Assembly: GCA_003598135.1 (NCBI GenBank)
Contig: QZKA01000024.1
Coordinates: 619-64,618, forward strand
Reading direction: 5' to 3'
Length of the DNA stretch: 64,000 bases
Origin: Candidatus Omnitrophota bacterium
GTDB taxonomy: Bacteria > Omnitrophota > Gorgyraeia > Gygaellales > Profunditerraquicolaceae
Shown: positions 56,721 through 64,000 of the stretch, one piece after another
Layout of the letters: each line of letters begins with the position of its first letter
Numbering within the stretch: the stretch's first letter is position 1
Notes under the pieces: model-generated
What the model was told of the DNA's origin: nothing
Database searches by the model: none
The model's input: the letters and a program-made list of their open reading frames with translations, nothing else
Position numbers and translations under genes: made by a program

Positions 56721-57649
56721 ATAGCAAACTCCTTGTCTTTAAATTCAAGGTAATATCTTTTAAATATCCCGCCGCAGTTACTACTCATAGAACAGCTTTC
56801 GCATACATGGATCTTAATCCTATTACGAGTCGGATAACAACTCAAAGTTTCCTTTAAAAATATATTTTTAGAACTTTTCCGCTGCTCAACTGTTATTCTA
56901 GGGGACCAGTGAAAATCATTAGTGTAAAGTTCATAACCCTTTAGCACGCAAAGAGGAAGCCCAAAAAATCTAATAATTAGAGCTTTTTTATTCGCATATT
57001 CAACTAATCGAGGGACTGCCGTTTTTATTTCTTTTAAAGGAACAACTAATTTTTTAAAATTAGCCAATCCATTTCCTTCCGGGGCGAAGTTAGAAAAAAG
57101 TATTTGTTTGACTTTTTTAAAATTGCTGACCAAATCGATTACCTTCTCAAGTGAGCTAACATTATATTTAGTAATAACTGTGTTAATGAACAAAAAAATG
57201 TCCCCCTTTGACCTTTCAATATTTTCTAATGCGTTCATACATCTGCTGAAGCTTTCTCTGTTGGCGGTGTGAAGATTATGAAGCGTTCCGCTATGACCGT
57301 GCAGAGAAAAACAAATTTCATCAACATAAAAAAGAGTTTTATCGCAAAACCTTTTTAAGGAAAATAAGCCTCCGTTAGAACTACAATACACTGTATACAT
57401 TAACTGCTTTGCGGATTGGATTATTTCTACAAAACTCGGGTGAAAAGTCGGCTCTCCCCCTGTTAATGTAATGTGGTTTAAGCCTTTTTCGGCAAAATAT
57501 TTTAATTTATTTTGTATTATATTGAAGTCAACAAAATGGTTATTACGTTTATTTAATTGGCCTGCCTCGGAACAAAAAATGCAGTTATTGACACATTTAT
57601 ACGATATGTGAAATTCTAATCTCTTTGCCTTAGATCTATTTCCCGTCAT
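56717..57649 (-). CDS. radical SAM protein (HxsC-like)
   Basis: CVNNCIFCSE, TGGEPT, SNG, SLHG, LPLC, CESCSMSSNCGG. Confidence 0.9.
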   Translation of the reverse strand: MTGNRSKAKRLEFHISYKCVNNCIFCSEAGQLNKRNNHFVDFNIIQNKLKYFAEKGLNHITLTGGEPTFHPSFVEIIQSAKQLMYTVYCSSNGGLFSLKRFCDKTLFYVDEICFSLHGHSGTLHNLHTANRESFSRCMNALENIERSKGDIFLFINTVITKYNVSSLEKVIDLVSNFKKVKQILFSNFAPEGNGLANFKKLVVPLKEIKTAVPRLVEYANKKALIIRFFGLPLCVLKGYELYTNDFHWSPRITVEQRKSSKNIFLKETLSCYPTRNRIKIHVCESCSMSSNCGGIFKRYYLEFKDKEFAI

Positions 57650-57651
57650 CT

Positions 57652-59070
57652 TTATCCATAAAGTAAGTAAGATAGTTGGAAGTCAATATTCCGGTATTCA
57701 TTCTTATTCTTATCAACTAATCCTGAATATCTAGCCAAAAAACGACCATCAAGAAAGCAATTTGAATAAATGTATCTTTCACATCTTGTTTTCGCAGATA
57801 ACGTAATAAAATTTCTGTCTTCTCCCACGGGGCACATTTTTTTTATTAACTTGAGTTCCCTTGGATATAGCTTTTCGGGTTCTTCATTGAATATTTTTTG
57901 AAACAAATTTTTATCAATTCTCCCTTCTTCCTGAATAGAGTTTATTATATTGAAACGCATCTCTAAATCCTTTGATAATTGGAACGCGAAGAGTTTAGGG
58001 AAAATATTTCGTTTGAGATTTCTTTCATAATCCGGATAGTGTAGGTCTTTTACGTAGTACATCTTTTTAAACGCATGTGAGATTGCCCCCCACCCTAATC
58101 CCAAAACCGAACTATTAAATTTATACATGTCAAAAAATTGTAAATTTTCTTTATTTGTACTGTAATCCTCCAACGCATAAGGATACGCACTGCTAATCAT
58201 CTGGTACGCTAAATCGAGCATCTTTTTACAGCGGATTACATCACTAAAGTTTAATGTAAGGCCGTTTTTAGTAAACCTTGTAAAAACATCTGGACAAAAA
58301 GAGTTAACGTGGATAGTATCTGGTTTCAGTTTTAAAATATTTTTTAACGAGATTTGGAACGATTCAATTGATTGATAAGGAACCCCTGCCATCAAATCAA
58401 CATTGATATGGCGTATCTTCAATTTTCTACAATTTTGATATAGCTGAAAAACTAATTTTGCATTTTGCGGCCTTTGGAGTTTCTTGAGGACATTTTTATC
58501 CAGCGATTGAACTCCGATAGTTACTTTGTTTACCCCATAATCCTTAAGTATTTTTACTTTCTCATAAGAGCACGTGTATGGGCTAAGTTCAACCATAAAT
58601 TGCTCTTTATTCTCCACATTATAATTTTCTGAAATCATGACCATGAGTCTTTTGAGATTGGCAGATGATAATATTGAAGGCGTACCGCCACCTATATAAA
58701 CGGTTTTTGCTTCCAATTTCTTTGGAAAATCCAATAATTTTATTTCTTTTTCCAGTGCATTAAGAAAGCGGGAATGTGACTGATCATTAGTCTGGGGGAA
58801 TGATAGGGTGTTACAATAAAAACACTTGCTGACACAAAATGGAATGTGGACATATATACCGAATCTATCGTGGCTACCCTTCTCTTTAAGGATGGATGTC
58901 GCAACAGATCGCCAAGATTTTTTTACTTCCTCTAGGCGTATTGATCTTCTTTGGAGTCTCAGTACCGAATACGGCGTTCCTAAGCCATAAAAAATCAAAT
59001 CCCTGGTTATGCACTTAAACAGCTCAAGCTTCTTATTAACTTCATTACTTAAAAGGGACAAGTTCGGCAT
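57652..59070 (-). CDS. HemN/HemW-like (class C-type) radical SAM protein
   Basis: IYVHIPFCVSKCFYC, YIGGGTPS, IGVQSL, NVDLMAGVP.Q, GLGWGAIS. Confidence 0.87.
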   Translation of the reverse strand: MPNLSLLSNEVNKKLELFKCITRDLIFYGLGTPYSVLRLQRRSIRLEEVKKSWRSVATSILKEKGSHDRFGIYVHIPFCVSKCFYCNTLSFPQTNDQSHSRFLNALEKEIKLLDFPKKLEAKTVYIGGGTPSILSSANLKRLMVMISENYNVENKEQFMVELSPYTCSYEKVKILKDYGVNKVTIGVQSLDKNVLKKLQRPQNAKLVFQLYQNCRKLKIRHINVDLMAGVPYQSIESFQISLKNILKLKPDTIHVNSFCPDVFTRFTKNGLTLNFSDVIRCKKMLDLAYQMISSAYPYALEDYSTNKENLQFFDMYKFNSSVLGLGWGAISHAFKKMYYVKDLHYPDYERNLKRNIFPKLFAFQLSKDLEMRFNIINSIQEEGRIDKNLFQKIFNEEPEKLYPRELKLIKKMCPVGEDRNFITLSAKTRCERYIYSNCFLDGRFLARYSGLVDKNKNEYRNIDFQLSYLLYG

Positions 59071-59971
59071 CCGAATATTTTAAGAAATATTTTTCGTAAA
59101 CGCCTCCGCATATGCTATTCTTTGAGCATTTTTTACACTTGCGGGTTTTTATTCTTCCGATATCGATTTTAAAATTGTTTTCGATATATTTCCCCGGCTC
59201 ATTCCATAATCGTATTTTTCCATTATGATCTTTCTGATTATCAATTTTGAAGGGTTCCCATAAATCATAGGAATACTGATATCTATCTCCTAAAATACAC
59301 ATAGGAATACCGGAAAACCTGATTTTAATATTTTTGGACTCGCAAAAGTTTATTGCTTTTATTACGTGTGGGGAAAGAACAGAAAATTTAGGAAAAATCT
59401 CGTAAAATTTTCGGCTCCCCTCTCCTGTAGGTACAATAGACATACATTGATATTCGTTTATTCCAAAATTATGAATCAACTCAGCTATGTTGGTTAAAAA
59501 TTTATAATTAAGACTGGTTATCGCAGTGGTTGCTTGAAGTCTGCCCTTATAATATTTCTTCAGATTTTTCATTCCTTGAAAGACAGATTTAAAAGCTGCC
59601 GGGTTACGGGTATTAATTGAATGAATTTTATTATTATGCCCGTGTATAGAAATCATAATTTCGTCGAGATAAGGCAATGTCTTGATGCAAAACTCATAAG
59701 AGCTGAACATAATTGCATTTGAAATAATAAATGTATTATAATGTAATGCCTTTGACAATTTTAATATTTCGGGAAAATGAGAATGTAATGTTGGCTCCCC
59801 TCCTACAAAGTGTACAAGATTTGCCCCTTTAGACCTTTCAGCTACTAATATATTCTTAATTTTCTCAAATGAGAGCTCAGAGCCATCAAGGTTATTTCTT
59901 TCGCTGCAAAAAATACATCTATTACAGCATTTTTTTACAATAAAAAGGTCAATTCGTCTGGTGTGTACCAT
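59045..59971 (-). CDS. radical SAM protein (HxsC-like)
   Basis: CCNRCIFCSE, GGEPTLH, SIHG, IPMC, CKKCSKNSICGG..KY. Confidence 0.9.
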   Translation of the reverse strand: MVHTRRIDLFIVKKCCNRCIFCSERNNLDGSELSFEKIKNILVAERSKGANLVHFVGGEPTLHSHFPEILKLSKALHYNTFIISNAIMFSSYEFCIKTLPYLDEIMISIHGHNNKIHSINTRNPAAFKSVFQGMKNLKKYYKGRLQATTAITSLNYKFLTNIAELIHNFGINEYQCMSIVPTGEGSRKFYEIFPKFSVLSPHVIKAINFCESKNIKIRFSGIPMCILGDRYQYSYDLWEPFKIDNQKDHNGKIRLWNEPGKYIENNFKIDIGRIKTRKCKKCSKNSICGGVYEKYFLKYSDAELVPFK

Positions 59972-60905
59972 ATTCGTAAGGAAGAACTGAACAATACATA
60001 CTAATCTCTTTGGCCCTGGTAGAATTTAGAAAGGTCAATCCCAGGGCAGTAGGATAAATACAACTGTGAAATGTCGCATAAAGATTATTTAATCCGTAGA
60101 TAAATTTATTTATACTCAAAAGGGGAACTTTCAACTTCTTGATATCTGACCATCTTTCTTTCGGATTAAAATTGCACTGGAATTCTCTGGTTTCATAAAT
60201 TAAATAATTCTTCAGAAAAGCTATCGTTCCTGGTTTTTTTAATTTGACCGCAGCAAGGTAAAATACATTTTTCTTTGGTGAATTTTTGAAAAATACGCTA
60301 AATTTAGATTTGAAGTCGTTATGCAAAAAGCTAAATTTGTTTAATTCTTGTAGCGCATGATACCTAAAATAAAGCTTAATTGACATTTGATTACTATTCG
60401 GGCAAAGCACTAATGCAAGCGCACAGATTTCATATCGTAAATATAAACCGACCATATTCGGATCGTAGCCCGATATCAAACACAACTTATACAATATATC
60501 GTTTTTCAAAAAAGGGCCGCATTCAACTTCAATTTTTAAAGTGGGGGCCCTGTCTGATTCAGCCCACTCAAACCCCAAAGTGACTGGAAAAGCTTTAATT
60601 ACATAGATTGCTTTTTCCGCTTGTTGTCGCAATTCCCCATCGTAACACAATCGTATTATTGAACGTATTTTATTGAGAAATTCGACTCTCTCCCCTGAAT
60701 CATTAATACTAAATCTCAAAAGATGTTTAGGCCTTCTATTAATTTTAAAAGAAAAATCAAACTTAAAAAAATCAAGACTACGCATTTGGTAATCATCAAA
60801 GAGGATTTTGATAATACATGGGAAATTTTTCTTTTCATAAATATTATTTTCTCTTGCAATTTGTTCTATAATATTTCTGTAACAAGTAAGGATGTTAGTG
60901 CTCAT
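59949..60905 (-). CDS. hypothetical protein, candidate ABBA-fold prenyltransferase
   Basis: Five predicted beta-hairpins (FSFKI/LRFSI, LGFEW/LKIEV, LALVL/IKLYF, LAAVK/LKNYL, LGLTF/ISMYC); paralogous to the C-terminal half of 61951-63825. Confidence 0.55.
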   Translation of the reverse strand: MSTNILTCYRNIIEQIARENNIYEKKNFPCIIKILFDDYQMRSLDFFKFDFSFKINRRPKHLLRFSINDSGERVEFLNKIRSIIRLCYDGELRQQAEKAIYVIKAFPVTLGFEWAESDRAPTLKIEVECGPFLKNDILYKLCLISGYDPNMVGLYLRYEICALALVLCPNSNQMSIKLYFRYHALQELNKFSFLHNDFKSKFSVFFKNSPKKNVFYLAAVKLKKPGTIAFLKNYLIYETREFQCNFNPKERWSDIKKLKVPLLSINKFIYGLNNLYATFHSCIYPTALGLTFLNSTRAKEISMYCSVLPYEYGTHQTN

Positions 60906-60913
60906 TTAAAAGA

Positions 60914-61957
60914 TTAAAAACTGCGATTGGCTAATGCGTTATTTAAATATGCAACAAAATTTGACATTAATTGGCCCGCTAAGATAGTATTATTCAGATA
61001 TTTGGTAACATTATTTTCACGGAAAATTATTTCCATTGCTTCTTCATTAGTAAGCCGCTTTTTCTCAAACGCATCCATACTCTCTTTTATTTCGTTGATA
61101 TTCCCCAGGATGAACTTCCTTTTCCTTTCATAGTTTTGAATTAAATAACTGATACACGCAGAGTAGATGTTTCCGTCAAAATCCACGGATATCTCTGTAT
61201 TCATCCTAAATGGCGGGAACCATTCTGTCAGGTTTTGCAACCGAATATCATTTTTTAGTCTTAGTTTTAAATACAGACTCCTTAATTTAATCAGATTCCT
61301 TGCCAAAACTATTCTATCGTTGTTTGACCATTTTACTCCACAGGCAATCATTATGAATATATTTCTAAAGCCTAAATTTACTAAATGGCTGAAATTGTCA
61401 ACAATTCTGCCCACTGTCATGGGAGAAACTACCATACTGACCTGGCAATCTGTATTATATTTAAAAATTATCGGAAGGTTGCGGACAATAAGAGAATACG
61501 AGTCGGGTAAACCATTCTTTTGCGGCCTATTTAACCTCTGCGCTCCAGGGCCTCCATCCAGACTTAGCTCAAGAAGTACATTGTTTTCTTTGAAGAACCT
61601 TACTTTTTCTTCATTCAACAATACTCCGTTTGTTGTAAGAATAGGGGTTAATTTTCTTTTTTTGGCATTTGCTACTTTGTTTGCATACATTATTCCTTTC
61701 TTTAAAATCTTGAAAGGCAGCATTAGTGGTTCGCCGCCGAAAAAATGCAATTGTAAAACGTCTGCTGAGGAAGTCATCAAAAAATCGACAGATTTAAGCA
61801 AAACGTGCTCGGACATATATCTTTTTGAACTTTGCGATACAAAGCAGTATTTGCACTTCAAACAACAGTCATGGGTTAATAACAGTAACAGTCTAGTTGT
61901 TCTAAACTCAGTCCGCTCCCCTATTAAATTGTTTCCTTTTTTTTCTGAAATCACCAT
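60914..61957 (-). CDS. radical SAM protein (anSME/HxsB-like core, no complete SPASM domain)
   Basis: LTHDCCLKCKYC, FFGGEPL, TTNG.LL, LSLDG, VDFDGNIY.AC. Confidence 0.88.
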   Translation of the reverse strand: MVISEKKGNNLIGERTEFRTTRLLLLLTHDCCLKCKYCFVSQSSKRYMSEHVLLKSVDFLMTSSADVLQLHFFGGEPLMLPFKILKKGIMYANKVANAKKRKLTPILTTNGVLLNEEKVRFFKENNVLLELSLDGGPGAQRLNRPQKNGLPDSYSLIVRNLPIIFKYNTDCQVSMVVSPMTVGRIVDNFSHLVNLGFRNIFIMIACGVKWSNNDRIVLARNLIKLRSLYLKLRLKNDIRLQNLTEWFPPFRMNTEISVDFDGNIYSACISYLIQNYERKRKFILGNINEIKESMDAFEKKRLTNEEAMEIIFRENNVTKYLNNTILAGQLMSNFVAYLNNALANRSF

Positions 61958-63825
61958 TTAACCGTAAAATAGACGTCAGCCTTTTGGGAACCCCTTGCAT
62001 GATCAATGGCCGCGATCACTGGAAATACTTTTCTTCCTTTTAATGCGCATAAACTGCAGATCTCTGAAAAAACTTCATTCGCCGCTTTGTCATTTGAATT
62101 AATCAATATGTTCCTAATTTCAGGCGTAACCTGATTAGAATCTTTGATTTGGCTAATTTCATAGATTTTATATAATTTGATTGAATTAATACAGCCGTTC
62201 TCCTGGAACCTTTTAGTGATGTAATAAAATACCTTCAACTTAGATTCGCCCTTATTTAAAATTGATTTTAGAAGCTTTCTGGCCGCATTCAACCCATTCT
62301 TCCTTAAAAATTTTAAAAATGTTTTTTCGTTTACTTTTTTATGAATACAATATACTTTAAGGTTTATGTTTTTTTTGGGCAAAAAATCTACGCAAATCGC
62401 ACCAATAATAGCGCGAGAGTTAATTTGTAATTTCTTATAATCGATTTTCAATACCTTACAAATACGTTGCAGAAAAATCCTGATTTCTGATTGAGTAAAG
62501 GAATGAACCAATTCTTCAAAATATACTTTTATTTTTGGGTAATTTTCCTTGGAAAACCAAACCAAACCAATGGTCGTTTGTTGCTTATTGCCGAACGGGA
62601 TCATTACGCATAGCAGTTCATTTATTTGATTAATGGAGTAAGCATCGCCGAATAATTGAAAGATTTTCAATAATTTATTTTTGAACTCTTTTTTCTCCCC
62701 AAAATCATTATAGCTAAACCGTAAACTCCTTGCGTTACTATCGCTGGCTGAAATTGAAAAATCAAATTTTTGGTTATCTTTAAGCCATGATTCTTTAAAA
62801 TCCGTGAAAAGAATATTTGTTATTCTGTCAACTTTCTCTTTTAAAAACTTCAGGCCAAAGTGCTTAATTAACAAATTAGAAATATCTGTAAAAATAGAAA
62901 CGGTAGAAACACTGCCTTTGTTATTTAATACAAACCCTTTTCTAACGGGTTTAAATTCATCCCATCCGAATTTCTGCGGATACTCCCTCCAGGGTCCTTC
63001 ACACACTGCGTAGTACCGACATTTAGGACAATTTGTTGATTTACTTTTCCCTTCCTTTTTACGAACAAGCCCAAAATTTTCTATAACTCCATTTACATCG
63101 TATATCTTTGTTTCGGGCAAAATCCTCTCAGCAATATAATCCTCGTAGCCCCTCATGAAACAATAAGGAATTGCCTCGGTCATCACTCTCTTTCCAGCAG
63201 AAATGCCTTTTTCTAGTGCCATCTTGACAAACGGTTCAACCAGTGACATCCGGGGCACTATAGAATCAAAGTTATCTTTTGCGCTTCCTAAAGGGTGAGG
63301 GAATGCGAATTGGAACTGGTCAACCCCGAGCCTAATCAATAAATCTGCTATCGAGGGCAAATACGCAAAATTAGACTTGGTTATGACGGTATTGGTAATA
63401 ACCGTCTGCCCTAGTTTTTTTAAGTTTATTATCCCATCAACAGTTTGTTTAAAGCTACCCGGGGAGCTTGTGAGGTAATCGTGCATATGGGGGGTACTTC
63501 CGTGCAAAGCAGGAGAAAATTCATTGGCACCGCATTTAATCGCCTTTTTGCAAAATTCAGAATAAGAAAAAAAACGGCCATTAGATTGGATTTGAATTGT
63601 ATTGAAGTTCAATGCTTTGGCAAAAGCAACAAATTGAAAAAAGTCTTTATGTAAGGTAGGCTCTCCGCCGGTAAAGACTATATCGCGACAGCTTGTTCTC
63701 GCCTTCTCCATTTCATTTTTTATAATTCCGGTATCCCTGCTTCCGTATGCCTTGCGCTTGTCGCCCTGAACGCAAAATTTACAGAAGTTATTACAATTGA
63801 ATCCAATCTTTATATCGGCTTTCAT
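61951..63825 (-). CDS. radical SAM protein fused to a ~320-aa candidate prenyltransferase-like domain
   Basis: CNNFCKFC, TGGEPT, QSNGR, IPYC, CPKCRYYAVCEG..EY..FG..EF.P, then a domain homologous to 59949-60905. Confidence 0.85.
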   Translation of the reverse strand: MKADIKIGFNCNNFCKFCVQGDKRKAYGSRDTGIIKNEMEKARTSCRDIVFTGGEPTLHKDFFQFVAFAKALNFNTIQIQSNGRFFSYSEFCKKAIKCGANEFSPALHGSTPHMHDYLTSSPGSFKQTVDGIINLKKLGQTVITNTVITKSNFAYLPSIADLLIRLGVDQFQFAFPHPLGSAKDNFDSIVPRMSLVEPFVKMALEKGISAGKRVMTEAIPYCFMRGYEDYIAERILPETKIYDVNGVIENFGLVRKKEGKSKSTNCPKCRYYAVCEGPWREYPQKFGWDEFKPVRKGFVLNNKGSVSTVSIFTDISNLLIKHFGLKFLKEKVDRITNILFTDFKESWLKDNQKFDFSISASDSNARSLRFSYNDFGEKKEFKNKLLKIFQLFGDAYSINQINELLCVMIPFGNKQQTTIGLVWFSKENYPKIKVYFEELVHSFTQSEIRIFLQRICKVLKIDYKKLQINSRAIIGAICVDFLPKKNINLKVYCIHKKVNEKTFLKFLRKNGLNAARKLLKSILNKGESKLKVFYYITKRFQENGCINSIKLYKIYEISQIKDSNQVTPEIRNILINSNDKAANEVFSEICSLCALKGRKVFPVIAAIDHARGSQKADVYFTVKW

Positions 63826-64000
63826 CAGTTTAAAGAAGAAATGAACTCGGTAAGCTTATAATCTATATTAATCGTGGATTTTAAGACTCTGAAAGGAGTA
63901 CATTTTTCGACAATTTTACCGAGATCTGCCTGCATAATCAAGCGTTTTATTTTTTTTAAACTTCTAATTGAATTAACGTTTCCGAGTTTAAATTTTTTCG
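63825..64000 (-). CDS. 3' end of an upstream gene, probably a paralog of the 60914-61957 radical SAM
   Basis: Manual translation ...KKFKLGNVNSIRSLKKIKRLIMQADLGKIVEKCTPFRVLKSTINIDYKLTEFISSLN*, similar to KRKFILGNINEI...LNNTILAGQLMSNFVAYLN; TGATG overlap with the next gene. Confidence 0.6.
   Translation of the reverse strand, partial: KKFKLGNVNSIRSLKKIKRLIMQADLGKIVEKCTPFRVLKSTINIDYKLTEFISSLN

Larger units (their letters stand above)
47240..64000 (-). other. AT-rich accessory island: radical SAM-rich biosynthetic operon (continues past window)
   Basis: Abrupt shift to AT-rich sequence after the rpsU promoter; 14 complete co-oriented genes plus one partial, overlapping or separated by short gaps. 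Confidence 0.8.

Noticed and set aside
61167-61961. 264-aa plus-strand ORF in the island
   Set aside because: Antisense shadow of the 60914-61957 rSAM with no recognisable motifs; the same applies to 3626-4396, 28420-29115 and 19534-20112
47176-63825. Precursor peptide gene (His-Xaa-Ser repeat, class III leader or Cys-rich) within the island
   Set aside because: Gaps between island genes are under about 50 bp and no suitable same-strand short ORF was seen; a precursor would have to lie beyond 64000 or elsewhere

Overview
Bacterial chromosomal window, most likely PVC superphylum (it carries the PVC 'small basic protein'; gene content suggests Candidatus Omnitrophota, which is an inference). 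Almost all genes are on the minus strand. Positions 1-47175 are housekeeping genes: ppdK, glyQS, panB, mgtE, apbE, polX, recO, ybeY, phoH, aspS, hisS, HU/IHF, dnaE, guaA/guaB3, aroB, dgt, thiC/thiE, gmhA, pfk, accBC, efp, aroQ, rpsU and tRNA-Gly(CCC). Their spacers hold a family of dispersed hexamer/heptamer composite repeats. One copy appears to encode the ApbE lipoprotein signal peptide, and another contains a triply nested 20-bp palindrome. From about 47240 to the window end is a visibly AT-richer, tightly coupled operon with 11 complete radical SAM genes (12 rSAM domains) and probably a 12th cut by the window edge. It also holds an archaeal-type A24 prepilin peptidase, a DUF483-like protein and two copies of an unannotated ~320-aa domain whose five beta-hairpin/KxY pattern resembles ABBA-fold (LynF/TruF/DMATS-like) prenyltransferases, one of them fused to a radical SAM. 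This operon is the best candidate for an undescribed peptide/pilin-modification (RiPP-like) system. No precursor gene is visible in the window. All family calls come from motif recognition by eye; no database searches were run.
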